NCBI GenBank assembly: GCA_964447495.1
Contig: CAYUTF010000025.1
Span: forward strand, 1 to 36,059
Direction: 5' to 3'
Length of the DNA stretch: 36,059 nucleotides
Source of the DNA: an uncultured archaeon
GTDB taxonomy: Archaea > Asgardarchaeota > Lokiarchaeia > Sigyniarchaeales > SOKP01
Positions 1-9,877 of this stretch are shown in pieces. The notes below the pieces were generated by a model, which searched no databases, was not told where the DNA came from, and worked only from the letters and a program-made list of their open reading frames with translations. A program made the position numbers and the translations under genes. How positions within the stretch are numbered: position 1 is the stretch's first letter; every line of letters begins with the position of its first letter.

Positions 1-556
1 TTCTATCATCAAAAGCTTTGCCCCGAACCATATTATTTGGGAATTCCATAAAAGGGGAGAGTAGCGTACCTACTGATCCAACATCTACTAATGTTTTATT
101 GACTTCCTCTTTCGAATTCATTCCAATATCGATATACATTTCATCAATATCAACATTTTTCTTACGTTCACTTATGGTAGTTAAATGAGGTGGTTTAGAT
201 CCTATGATGCCATGATAAATTTTACCCGAGTCTGCTTTTATTACCACTGATTGCCCCAACAAGATACGTGTGTCCCAACCACCCACAGGAACAAATCTTA
301 TGAAACCTCTCTGGTCTATATGTGAAACCATAAAGCCTATTTCATCCATATGAGCATCAAATAATATTCTATTTTTTTTCTCAGTTCCGTTTCGAATAGC
401 CAAGATGTTTCCCAGTGGATCCTTCCAAGCTTTATCTGCTAAACCTTCTATTTCGATTTTATTCAAAATAAAATTACTTACATCCTCTTCATATCCCGAG
501 ACTCCAATTAGGTCTGATAACTCCTTTTGAAGTGTTTTTACACTTTCAAGATTCAT
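1..556 (-). CDS. M42 family aminopeptidase (TET/Frv-like), N-terminal part; runs off the window edge
   Basis: Not in the ORF track. Manual translation from ATG at 556: MNLESVKTLQKELSDLIGVSGYEEDV...DPLGN...ILFDAHMDEIGFMVSHIDQRGFIRFVPVGGWDTR...GSKPPH...MYIDIG...KAFDDR, with the characteristic M42 motifs. Confidence 0.92.
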   Translation of the reverse strand, partial: MNLESVKTLQKELSDLIGVSGYEEDVSNFILNKIEIEGLADKAWKDPLGNILAIRNGTEKKNRILFDAHMDEIGFMVSHIDQRGFIRFVPVGGWDTRILLGQSVVIKADSGKIYHGIIGSKPPHLTTISERKKNVDIDEMYIDIGMNSKEEVNKTLVDVGSVGTLLSPFMEFPNNMVRGKAFDDR

Positions 557-684
557 ATAGTATCCTTCCTCTTATCCATTAACGATTGTTTTTTCTATAT
601 TTTTATATAAGTTTAAAATATTAAAAATATCTTAATAGATTTATTCTAATTAAAACAAAAGGTTTTTTTTAGTAAGGAGTAAAA

Positions 685-1461
685 ATGTTTAGTACAATTT
701 ATCTAATAAGTTCTTCAGTTTTTGGTATATTGATGGTGATATTATATTTAATTAAGTATAAAGGGACTTCCATTAAAGTATGGAAACCAATAGTGGCTTG
801 GATTCGTGCTTTTATTTATTTTTCTTTATGTAATATTATTATTGCAATATCTGGGACATTAGCTAAATCAATCAATCAACCGTTATTTAGCTCAGATCAA
901 ATCACTAATCCATACTGGCTTTTTTATCTTAGCATCTGTTTTGTATATATTTTTTTTACTTACTGGATCCTATGGTCTCGTATGACGCTTACTTTCGATC
1001 GTAAATATTATTTACTAATAGAAATCATTTTTGGAATGATATGGGGTTTCAGTACGGGAGGTCTACTTCTCTCCTTTTACCATCTTTGGAGTTTAACGGG
1101 GTTAGCAAGTTGGATAAGATATATTCTTACATATATTTCAATAGGAGTTTGGCAGTACTTTGCTCATGATTATTTTTGGGATGTATATGTAAGTCCTGAA
1201 CATGATACACCAAGATCAATAATAATAAAAACATATGTGTGTCATATACCAAATGTAGCGCTTACATTAGGATTTCTAACCATCTGGAATAATTATGCAA
1301 TATACATCGTATTTAATATCTTCGCCTTAGTTGCAACAACTATCTTTCAAAAATTTCCTGCTCCCTGGGTTAAAGGTTCTTTTCATGCCCCAATGGTTAA
1401 ATCAGGAATCTTTAGATTTTTTCGAGGAACTGGTTTTATAAAAGAGACTCAGAGTTCATAA
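685..1461 (+). CDS. Hypothetical multi-pass membrane protein
   Basis: 258-aa ORF with about 7 hydrophobic segments; AAGGAG SD-like motif upstream of the ATG. Confidence 0.75.
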   Translation: MFSTIYLISSSVFGILMVILYLIKYKGTSIKVWKPIVAWIRAFIYFSLCNIIIAISGTLAKSINQPLFSSDQITNPYWLFYLSICFVYIFFTYWILWSRMTLTFDRKYYLLIEIIFGMIWGFSTGGLLLSFYHLWSLTGLASWIRYILTYISIGVWQYFAHDYFWDVYVSPEHDTPRSIIIKTYVCHIPNVALTLGFLTIWNNYAIYIVFNIFALVATTIFQKFPAPWVKGSFHAPMVKSGIFRFFRGTGFIKETQSS

Positions 1462-1546
1462 TTTGCTAATCTTAGTAACTATAAATAGAAACTACTAATA
1501 AAATAAGAAATTAAGATTAAAAATTAACAATAAACAAAAAAAGGAG

Positions 1547-3241
1547 TTATTTCCTTCTCTTTTTTAATTCGTTAATTGCTTTTTCTGCTAATATTAACGC
1601 ATCTGTATAACGTGATTTATGCTTTTGAACTTCAGCTTCCAGTTCTATGGTTTTATTTTGTAAATCCAATATTAATTCACTTGATTCTTCATTGGATTGA
1701 GGCATAAACTCAGAATTTTCAATATTCTCTTTAAGATAATTATACTTTTCCTTCCATACCTTGAGTTCAGTTTGGAGATCCTCTATGTGATCATCTGAGG
1801 TGATATCTTCCATAGACAATGGCGCTCCTCCTTCACTTTCTATACCAACGAGTCGTTCTTTTAACATGCCTATTTCTTCTTCCAATTCTCGAATTTTGAT
1901 CCTTAGTTCTGCAATTTCATCCAAATATTCAGCAGAAGTCCTGGGCGCTGTAATTTCCTCAAAAATGGTCTTTCCCGTTTCTAGTTCATTTGCAGATTTA
2001 TCTCCCAATATTCTCTGTTTCCTTTTCTGTAGTTCTTCAATGGTTTGTTGTGGCAGAAAATCAAGTGGATTGAATCCAATGCCGCCATGTTGAGTCTTTC
2101 GTTTCCGAATTTTTACAAATAATGGGATTCCCTTTACTGCTTCTCCACCTATGATACATTCTCCCTTATCTAATCCCGAAATATCTTTTTTATTATCTCG
2201 GCTTAAATCTTCCGCACTTGAAATTGTGGCATCAATATCACGTATATCTGTAAGATTATGGATAACCCAGGAGCCTGCTTGCGCTCGAATCGTTGTATCT
2301 AGTAATTGGGGTCTCTGAGTACCAATCACAATGTTCGCACCAAATTTTCGACCTTCTTGAGAGAATAATTTAACAACTTCACAAGTTTCCGTTCGTTTTT
2401 TACCAGCAAATAGGTGAGCCTCATCTAAGAATAAATAAAATGGTGGGATTCTTCTTCCAGTACTCGCTTGATATAATTTCTTAAGTAATTTGCCGGCAAT
2501 CATTTCTTGAACGTTTAAATCCATCCCTCTCATATTCACAATAGTACATAAATTTGGAGCAACCAGATCTTTCGCATCTAATGAAAATAAGTATTCAACA
2601 TCGATATCTCCCCCTTTATTGATCTTCAAATCAGCAAACTCGATGATTTTATCAACAAATTCGCTTTTATTATCCGCTGAATCACTTGCTCCTTCAGCAG
2701 CTACTTTCAATGAACCATATTCTCCATGACGGTCTATGATGACTACAGGAATTCCTTTTTTCATAAATTCCTCACATAAAACGCCCATTGTATACGATTT
2801 CCCTGACCCACTCTTTCCTGTAATGAATATCCTTCCGAAATTTTTTATAAGCAAGAATACATCAAATGGATATCCAATCAATTTACCTAAAGATACAGAC
2901 TCTTCAGGAGCATTGTGTATTCCTAAAAGCTTTTCTATTTGTTCTCCAGTTGCTTTATAGACTTCTGATCCAACCTCAAATGGTCTTTTTGGTCTTTCTC
3001 CAAGAACAACTAAGTTTGCCACGATTCCTGATGAATCACTAAACATATCACTGATACTAAGCATATAATGATCTCTTTCTCCATCCTCTTTTTTTTCTCC
3101 ATAGATTGTTAAGTATGTGCTCCTTATAACACTTGGATCAGCGATCTGCATGGTCACTTCATATGCAGTGGTCTTTCCTATTAATCTACCTACGGGATTA
3201 TTATCTTTTCCTTGGGAATCACTTTTTTTCTCATCTGACAT
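1547..3241 (-). CDS. HerA/FtsK-like (DUF87) ATPase with C-terminal coiled coil
   Basis: Walker A GKSGSGKS, IIDRHGEY, Walker B LFLDEAH, EGRKFG and TQRP motifs; HAS-barrel-like N-terminus; E/K/L-rich heptad tail over the last ~130 aa. Confidence 0.88.
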   Translation of the reverse strand: MSDEKKSDSQGKDNNPVGRLIGKTTAYEVTMQIADPSVIRSTYLTIYGEKKEDGERDHYMLSISDMFSDSSGIVANLVVLGERPKRPFEVGSEVYKATGEQIEKLLGIHNAPEESVSLGKLIGYPFDVFLLIKNFGRIFITGKSGSGKSYTMGVLCEEFMKKGIPVVIIDRHGEYGSLKVAAEGASDSADNKSEFVDKIIEFADLKINKGGDIDVEYLFSLDAKDLVAPNLCTIVNMRGMDLNVQEMIAGKLLKKLYQASTGRRIPPFYLFLDEAHLFAGKKRTETCEVVKLFSQEGRKFGANIVIGTQRPQLLDTTIRAQAGSWVIHNLTDIRDIDATISSAEDLSRDNKKDISGLDKGECIIGGEAVKGIPLFVKIRKRKTQHGGIGFNPLDFLPQQTIEELQKRKQRILGDKSANELETGKTIFEEITAPRTSAEYLDEIAELRIKIRELEEEIGMLKERLVGIESEGGAPLSMEDITSDDHIEDLQTELKVWKEKYNYLKENIENSEFMPQSNEESSELILDLQNKTIELEAEVQKHKSRYTDALILAEKAINELKKRRK

Positions 3242-3515
3242 TAGTTTTCACAAATAATCGGTTTTTTTAGTATTATATGCAAATACACATATATTAATCT
3301 TAAACTATTGTTATCAATTAAAAAAGCATATATAAACTTTCATAAATCCAATATTTATTCTTCTCAATAAACAATGGGCGGCTTAACTCATGATTAGAAC
3401 TCTAAATGATTTAGGGAGTACTTGATTATATAAAAAATGTGAAAATAATAACCAAGAAAAAAAATAAATTTTGCTTTTTTAATACCATTTATCCCATCAT
3501 TACTAATTTGTAGTC

Positions 3516-4055
3516 TTACCAGTTTTTTTCCAATTCCTCTCCCATGAATTTTCGGATGTTATCAATTGCCCATAAAACATACTTATAACACTTTTTCCCC
3601 CATGTTCCATCTTCAATGTATTTCATCAATGTATTGATGCCTTGACTGAAATCATACCCAGATAAATCGGGACAGTAAACTGATCCAAATTCCTTCTCGA
3701 ATTCTTTCGCAAATTGTGCTGATTTCATATAAGCAACCGGAACTAAATCGTTCGACATTTTTTTTCTTCCTTTTCCTCCTAAAATTACCCCAACCGCAGC
3801 ACATCCTCCAACTACTGCTCCACAGGGACAAGATTGCCCCTTTTCCGACTTAAATCCCCCCAATCCCCCCGATAAGGGAATCATAATGTTATTGATTAAT
3901 CCATCTTGGATTCCAAGTACATTTAAAATGCCTGTTAATGTTGCTTCCGCACATCCTCCTTCAGCAGGATTTATTTTAGGGAATATCTCTTCAAATTGCT
4001 TTAGTGCTTCATCAAATTTTGCGTTAATCTCTCCCTTCATTGCCTTTTTTTCCAT
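3516..4055 (-). CDS. C-GCAxxG-C-C family putative redox-active protein
   Basis: CAEA...GGLG...CGAVVG...FGSVYC...KKC cysteine pattern typical of the family. Confidence 0.85.
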   Translation of the reverse strand: MEKKAMKGEINAKFDEALKQFEEIFPKINPAEGGCAEATLTGILNVLGIQDGLINNIMIPLSGGLGGFKSEKGQSCPCGAVVGGCAAVGVILGGKGRKKMSNDLVPVAYMKSAQFAKEFEKEFGSVYCPDLSGYDFSQGINTLMKYIEDGTWGKKCYKYVLWAIDNIRKFMGEELEKNW

Positions 4056-4094
4056 AAAATTTTTCCACCTTTTTTATAAATAAATCATATATAT

Positions 4095-5021
4095 TTACAT
4101 ATGATAAACAATATATTTCTTTATCATTTTGATGGGTTTATAGGACTCTTTTGCTCTTCTTAGCCCTTCTATCCCTAAGTCTTGCTCCCGATTAACATAA
4201 ATCGCATCAATACAACAACTTTTTAAAAAGAAATTATTGACTGCTTGATACGCTCCCTCATATTCTGCATGTGCTTTCTCAATATGTATCACTAAAGTGT
4301 TTTCATTCAACATTTCACCAAATGTATAAGCCGCACATTTATCGTCCACACATAGTAATCCACCGCTAAAGCCTAATATGGTAAAATTATTCAATGCCTC
4401 ATATATGGCTTCTTGTTCTGCTTCTAAACTCTCATCTTCAGTACAAGCTCTAATGACACACCATTCTAATTGGAGCTCTTTACATTTCTCAATAAAATCT
4501 TCTGTTAATACTCGGAAATCATACTCATAATTGTTTAAGAACTTTTCTAACCATCTTCTATTTTGCCTGTACTTGTTTCCCGCTAAATTAAGAATCTCAT
4601 CTTTGTTATACACATAATCCCCATTATTTCTATCTTCAATGCAAACTAGATTTAAAGTATTAAATTTCTCGTGTTTGGTTAATTTTTCGCAGATATTCTC
4701 TGGAACCCTATGAATCTCTATATTTCCAATGTTTTCAAATAATTCAATAATAATTCTATCAGGATGAGGACCAATCGGAGGAAAAAAGTATATATAATCT
4801 TGAGTATCAGAATTAATCGGTTGCTTTCTTTTCTTCAAATAATCCTTAGAAAATAAGATTATATGATCTTTATATTCAAAAAATAAAAAATTATAATAAT
4901 TTCTCCACATGAAGAGATTCGTGAACGTAAATTCTGAACTTTCTGGAGGATATTTGCTGAAATATTCATCAAATTGACTTTTATCCGTTAATTCAATAGG
5001 TTTACCTAAGCTAAGATTCAT
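4095..5021 (-). CDS. DUF2156 / aminoacyl-phosphatidylglycerol synthase C-terminal-like GNAT-fold protein
   Basis: SEFTFTNLFMW, DYVY..L.G.KY, IHIEKA...GAYQ, VNREQDLGIEGLRRAKESYKP motifs. Confidence 0.88.
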   Translation of the reverse strand: MNLSLGKPIELTDKSQFDEYFSKYPPESSEFTFTNLFMWRNYYNFLFFEYKDHIILFSKDYLKKRKQPINSDTQDYIYFFPPIGPHPDRIIIELFENIGNIEIHRVPENICEKLTKHEKFNTLNLVCIEDRNNGDYVYNKDEILNLAGNKYRQNRRWLEKFLNNYEYDFRVLTEDFIEKCKELQLEWCVIRACTEDESLEAEQEAIYEALNNFTILGFSGGLLCVDDKCAAYTFGEMLNENTLVIHIEKAHAEYEGAYQAVNNFFLKSCCIDAIYVNREQDLGIEGLRRAKESYKPIKMIKKYIVYHM

Positions 5022-5245
5022 GGTTTATTTATTATTTAAAGAACTTTAAAAGGATTGTTATTTTATTCAATTAATTTTTATAAAATTTTATGAGTTTAAT
5101 ATGGATATCTGGTTAATCTTAAAAATTATCCTTCTAATATTCCTAAAAATTTTTGATATTTTCTATATTTTTAAGAAAAATAAGTTTATAAATTTCTTTT
5201 AATAATTTATTGATCAAATAGTGTATAAATAGAGAGCTATAAATA

Positions 5246-5938
5246 TTGAGAAAGAAACTTATAAGGTTGTTTTTAATCCTTGGATTATTAATTATATCAA
5301 CAGGAGTTTTACTGTCTTTCGCAATCTATTTATATAGTAACATTACAAATAGAAATTTTAGTACTGAAGAGATTTATACAGTTACATATCCAGAAGGAGA
5401 TGTCAATTTATACGTACGGATTACTATTAGTCCTCCCAGTGATCCAGGAATGACTGGTTGTTATGCAAATGTCCAGTTTAGCTCCTTTACTGACGGAGAT
5501 TTGGAAATAAATGGTATTTCCTATGTAAAATTGAATATTTATAAAGATGGGAATCCTGTTTCATTCGATGAAATTAATTTATCATCTCCCCCAATATATT
5601 GGGTTTCCTACAATTCTATCGGTGCAATATATAAAGATAATAATGTAACTGTGATAGGTCAAGCTAGAATAAATTATAAAGTAAATGATACTAATTATGA
5701 TGAACTTTTTCATTATCAAATATCTATTGTTCTTCCTACTGATATGACTGGCCGTTTTTATACAGAAACAATACCATTTATTTGGATTGAATTCATTGTT
5801 ATTTTAGGATTAATTTTATCAGTAGGATTTATTATAGGAGTTGTGAATTCAATAAGAATAGAATATTTATATTCACAAGAAGAGAGGGAAAAAGATAAAA
5901 AATTCTGGGATTATTTAAGGCAGAAAAGAAACCAGTAA
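5246..5938 (+). CDS. Hypothetical membrane-anchored protein (N- and C-terminal TM helices, extracellular beta-rich middle)
   Basis: TTG start, two hydrophobic segments, several N-x-S/T sequons (NFS, NLS, NVT, NDT). Confidence 0.7.
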   Translation: MRKKLIRLFLILGLLIISTGVLLSFAIYLYSNITNRNFSTEEIYTVTYPEGDVNLYVRITISPPSDPGMTGCYANVQFSSFTDGDLEINGISYVKLNIYKDGNPVSFDEINLSSPPIYWVSYNSIGAIYKDNNVTVIGQARINYKVNDTNYDELFHYQISIVLPTDMTGRFYTETIPFIWIEFIVILGLILSVGFIIGVVNSIRIEYLYSQEEREKDKKFWDYLRQKRNQ

Positions 5939-6014
5939 TGCTTTTTTTTTATTTGATGTGATCATTGTTTATTTGAAAAAGAGAAAGGAACTAGAACAAA
6001 ATAAATATAAACTC

Positions 6015-6449
6015 TTATTTAAAAAATCTACTCAAGTCTGTACTCTCCTCACTCTTCAACCGCTCTATGACTTTCTCTAAGATTTCGATTACTCTTTCCT
6101 TATATGAAGGTTGCTCGGGATACTTATAGCTAAATGCCTTCCAATTAGGTCTTTTATGCCCGATTTTAAATTTATAGCCACTTAGCTTTGTCATATACGT
6201 ATCGCTGTCTAATTTTGTAGCAATCTGGTCTGCTATAATATACCAGTGATATTTCGTACCGATTTTCGCGCCCGAGTTTGGAGGAGCAGCTTGAAATCTG
6301 GTTTTTAAACTATTAAATTTAATTAACCATTCATCTGGAGATACTTTGGTTTCATACCATTTACCATCATCATAATTCCAATGATGAGATTGTCCAACTC
6401 GCATTCCGGTGTAGGTCTTATCCTTATACGTTTTAAGATTATTGTACAT
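6015..6449 (-). CDS. Conserved hypothetical protein
   Basis: 144-aa ORF with W/Y-rich motifs (YTGMRVGQSHHWNYDDGKW.ETK, YHWYIIADQ, HKRP..W) resembling an uncharacterised prokaryotic family. Confidence 0.7.
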   Translation of the reverse strand: MYNNLKTYKDKTYTGMRVGQSHHWNYDDGKWYETKVSPDEWLIKFNSLKTRFQAAPPNSGAKIGTKYHWYIIADQIATKLDSDTYMTKLSGYKFKIGHKRPNWKAFSYKYPEQPSYKERVIEILEKVIERLKSEESTDLSRFFK

Positions 6450-6492
6450 TGCTTTTACTTATCTTAAAATTCTTAAAATTAATCATAATAAG

Positions 6493-6544
6493 AAATATTG
6501 CATCTAATTAATAGAAATAAAGAGTACTGATTTTTAGTTGAATT
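6493..6544. repeat. Direct repeat, left copy (39-bp identical core, 52 bp with 2 mismatches)
   Basis: CATCTAATTAATAGAAATAAAGAGTACTGATTTTTAGTT at 6501-6539 is identical to 9871-9909. Confidence 0.93.
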
Positions 6545-6739
6545 AATCATTCGAAAAAAAATAATATAAATAATCCTTTTTTATACAAAACAAACTTTAG
6601 TCTTTAGCAAGGTGATCGTTTAAGGCATACAAACGAAAGATCAGTTATTTTTTAAATTTAGATGGGGATGATGAGTTATGCCATTCCTCATGATATTTTC
6701 CGTTTAATTTAATAATTTTGACGATTTTATACTTATTAG

Positions 6740-6943
6740 GTGATAATTATTTCGAAAAAAGATCAAATCATTGAAGAGTTAGATAAGTTTCCTGAAAAAT
6801 TGTTGGATGAAATTTTTGATTATGTGAAGTATTTAAAAGGAAAATTAATCTATGAAAACATGGAAACTGCAATAACGAGTGAATCAAGTTTGATAAAAGA
6901 TTGGTCTCGTCCAGAGGAAGATGAAGCATGGCAAAATTTGTGA
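6740..6943 (+). CDS. DUF2281-like antitoxin
   Basis: Small acidic ORF (LDKFPEKLLDEIFDYVKYLK...SESSLIKDWSRPEEDEAWQNL) overlapping the start of the downstream PemK/MazF gene. Confidence 0.82.
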   Translation: MIIISKKDQIIEELDKFPEKLLDEIFDYVKYLKGKLIYENMETAITSESSLIKDWSRPEEDEAWQNL

Positions 6944-7260
6944 AGGGTGATGTAGTTGTCATTCCTTTTCCCTTTTCTGATCTTTCTCAAGCAAAACGAA
7001 GACCTGCATTAGTAGTTACTGATTTAAGTGGTGATGATCTCATTTTATGCCAAATTACTAGCCAAACTATTTCAGATCAATATTCTATTTCTTTAACTGA
7101 TGGAGATTTTCAAAATGGTTCCTTGAAAAGAAGAAGTAATATAAGACCAAACCGACTTTTTACAGCAGATACCCGTATCATTTTGTATAAAATTGGGCAT
7201 GTAAAAAATGAAAAAATGAATGAAGTTATCAAAAAAATCATTCAAATTATTCAAGCGTAA
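6928..7260 (+). CDS. mazF: PemK/MazF family endoribonuclease toxin
   Basis: KGDVVVIPFPFSDLSQAKRRPALVV...ILCQITS signature. Confidence 0.92.
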   Translation: MAKFVKGDVVVIPFPFSDLSQAKRRPALVVTDLSGDDLILCQITSQTISDQYSISLTDGDFQNGSLKRRSNIRPNRLFTADTRIILYKIGHVKNEKMNEVIKKIIQIIQA

Positions 7261-7517
7261 GAATTCAATCATCTTTAATACCATATCACCTTGTTTATGA
7301 AGATCTTCGGTAAAATTCCTGCCTTTTCAGGAGGGGACACCACGGGGGAGGGAAATAACCTTGTCTTTAAAAAAATTTTCTATGCGCGTACTATTCCTGT
7401 ATAATCCTTCAACTATTCCTTTTATATGAATGATCTGCAAATAGATAATGTCTTTAAAAATCCTATCTGCTTCTTCTGAAAAAATTTTATGTAGCGAGAA
7501 ATAAACACATTCCTCTA

Positions 7518-7919
7518 CTACCAAGATTTTAGTTGTAAATTGAAAATTTCTTTAAATTTTTTGTCTTTAGAGTAAATAATGTCCGTATTGTGCTTTTTAC
7601 AAGTCATAGCAATGATTTCATCATGCAATTCGTGACTTTCAGCATTTTTTAACATCAATTTAATGATTTCCAAATTAAAATCATCGATAATGATATTTTC
7701 TGAGTTTTCCCATCGATTGAGAGCCTCCTCAAATGCATTTGTTTTCCCAGCTCTTCTCATTTTCCAAAGTAATTCTGCGATTGCAATTGTAGGGATAATT
7801 ACTGTTATTTCTCCATTTATCACTTTTTTTTTCAATTGTTGGAGAATTAAAGGAATTTTTTGATATTCATAATGGAAATAAAATAGGACTTGAGCATCAA
7901 TTACTGCTTTTTCTGTCAT
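7518..7919 (-). CDS. vapC: PIN-domain (VapC-like) toxin
   Basis: VIDA, IAIAEL, ELHDEIIA, IYSKDKKF: the acidic PIN catalytic residues; directly downstream of an AbrB-like gene. Confidence 0.88.
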   Translation of the reverse strand: MTEKAVIDAQVLFYFHYEYQKIPLILQQLKKKVINGEITVIIPTIAIAELLWKMRRAGKTNAFEEALNRWENSENIIIDDFNLEIIKLMLKNAESHELHDEIIAMTCKKHNTDIIYSKDKKFKEIFNLQLKSW

Positions 7920-7947
7920 TTTATATCAAGTGTCACCAATTTTTTGA

Positions 7948-8196
7948 TTATTTCACACTAGGGAATAACGATTTTTTTGCTTCATCTAACTCTTCCTCTG
8001 TAAACGGAGTTACTCCCTTAAATAAATTATCTTCTATCTCAAGCGGATGTGTCTTTTTTTTGACTAAAATAGTTTTATCATCTTTAAGTTCCATCTCAAC
8101 CTCATTTTTGTCATCAATAGCTAACTTATCTCTCCATTCTTTTGGTATTACAATCCTTCCATTTGATGAGACTTTTTGAGTTATTTTTTCAGTCAT
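7948..8196 (-). CDS. AbrB/MazE/SpoVT family antitoxin
   Basis: KVSSNGRIVIPKEWRDKLAI swapped-hairpin motif with an acidic tail. Confidence 0.9.
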   Translation of the reverse strand: MTEKITQKVSSNGRIVIPKEWRDKLAIDDKNEVEMELKDDKTILVKKKTHPLEIEDNLFKGVTPFTEEELDEAKKSLFPSVK

Positions 8197-8217
8197 TTAT
8201 ATTTTCATTTTTTCAAT

Positions 8218-8242
8218 TGTCATTATAATATAATAAATGACA
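8218..8242. promoter_or_regulatory. Inverted repeat, candidate TA autoregulatory operator
   Basis: TGTCATT-N11-AATGACA about 20-45 bp upstream of the AbrB antitoxin start codon. Confidence 0.5.
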
Positions 8243-8464
8243 GTTATTATATCTTTTCAAAACTAGCAATTAGAGAGTCCTACTCTTTGTCATAATAAGA
8301 TAATACAAATATGATCTTTAGCAAAGATCATGGTAAAAAGGGAAAAATAAGAATATAAGATACTAAATTCTAATTTTATAAAGTGTATAAACTAATGGGA
8401 ATAAAGCAATCTATCTTCACAATCCAATCGCTCGAGAACCAGCAAAACTATTGCACGGACTAAA

Positions 8465-9463
8465 TTAATGCGCTAACTTTTTTCCTTCCAGCTCGTAATA
8501 CTTTAACCAATACTCCCGTAGATTATTGCCCCAGACATCGAGTAGATTTGCCAACGATTTGGGAAGCGAAGTTATATGGTTGCCATACAAACCTATCGAA
8601 TTCAAGCTTTTAAGATTCCCAATCGTTTCAGGGAGCGTGGTGAGCTTATTGTTATCAAGCGATAAATCCTTTAAGCTCGCTAAATTACCAATCGCGATAG
8701 GTAGAGACTTTAATTTATTATTTTCAATGCTGAATTCCCATAATTGAGATAATTTATCAATACATGACGGAAGGCGGCTGATTTTGTTATAACTAATAAA
8801 TAAGCGTTCTAACTTCAGCAAAGAACATATCTCCCGCGGGAAAAGCTTAAAATCATTATTAATTAGTCTCAATAACTTCAAATTGGTTAAATTTATAAAA
8901 TTTTTCGGTAATATTGAGAGGTGATTTCCCCCTAACAACAAATAATCTAGTTCCTTAAGATTGCCGATCTCTTCGGGAAGGGTGTGTATATCATTTTCCA
9001 TAATATCAAGTCGTTTTAAAGCAGGTAGCTGACATAAAACCTTGGGAAACTCGATAAGCTTATTCCGTGAAAGCCCTAATTGCCTGAGACTTTTTAAATT
9101 AGCAAATTCGTTGGGTATCGACTGTATTTGATTATAACCAATCTTTAACACTTCCAGTTTGCCTAATGTGCCAATCCAACCAGGAAGCTCGACTAAACCG
9201 CTACCACTGGCACTCAAAATCCTTAGCTTTTTAAATTGGCGGATTACGTCTGGAAGGTACGCCATTTCGCTCATAAGGTTCAATCCATTTACGCGATTGC
9301 CTTCAATGGTAAAGATATTACTATCCTCTTCGGGATCGAGCAAACGGTGCTCCCGATCTGGCCCAAAATACATAACGCCTAGGTCCAAGGTGCGCTCGAG
9401 CTCCTTCAGAGTGCTCTGCTCCGCGGCGGGAAGTTTGTTTCTTACATTTTCATCTTCATTCAA
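8465..9463 (-). CDS. Leucine-rich repeat protein
   Basis: About 10 tandem 23-aa LxxLxLxxNxLxxLPxxIxxL repeats; start codon (TTG) uncertain. Confidence 0.92.
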   Translation of the reverse strand: MNEDENVRNKLPAAEQSTLKELERTLDLGVMYFGPDREHRLLDPEEDSNIFTIEGNRVNGLNLMSEMAYLPDVIRQFKKLRILSASGSGLVELPGWIGTLGKLEVLKIGYNQIQSIPNEFANLKSLRQLGLSRNKLIEFPKVLCQLPALKRLDIMENDIHTLPEEIGNLKELDYLLLGGNHLSILPKNFINLTNLKLLRLINNDFKLFPREICSLLKLERLFISYNKISRLPSCIDKLSQLWEFSIENNKLKSLPIAIGNLASLKDLSLDNNKLTTLPETIGNLKSLNSIGLYGNHITSLPKSLANLLDVWGNNLREYWLKYYELEGKKLAH

Positions 9464-9544
9464 TCGTAAACACCTAAAAAATATAATAAATCTTTTTCTA
9501 TTTAAACGTTTAGGGAAACCCTGTTTATTGATTTTAACTTTAGA

Positions 9545-9877
9545 TTAAAGATTTGAAAGATCAAATAAATGTATTTTAATATTGCTATATACTATATTCA
9601 TGAACCGAAAGTCTTGCTTACTCCCTAAGAATAATGCCGGAGTAAGACCAATAATATCCATAAAGTGATTGTCATAATAAACAGCATATTTAGCTTTAAT
9701 AAAGTTCCTAAAACCATCAATGTTTACTTTCCCGTTTGACATTAATATAAATTTTCGCCGGTCGTTGAACTCTTTTAAATCGCGATTCCGAAATTCATAC
9801 ATCGTCTTAGTATTTGATCCCTTACCTCTGGTCCAGTAAGCCCAACCTTTCTCCCATAGGTAAAATATTACATCTAA
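9545..9877 (-). pseudogene. 5'-truncated hypothetical gene fragment
   Basis: The frame of ORF 9545..9802 stays open upstream (LDVIFYLWEKGWAYWTRGKGSNTKT-MYEF...) until it enters the direct repeat, with no ATG, GTG or TTG in that extension. Confidence 0.45.

Noticed and set aside
3388-3430. AUGA...GA hairpin resembling a SECIS on the plus strand
   Set aside because: The stem is mismatched, both flanking genes are on the minus strand, and no UGA-containing gene lies upstream.
6665-6725. C/D box sRNA (AUGAUGA C-box)
   Set aside because: No CUGA D box at a suitable distance.
7327-7524. 65-aa minus-strand ORF after vapC
   Set aside because: No recognisable motif; it may be a remnant but cannot be supported.
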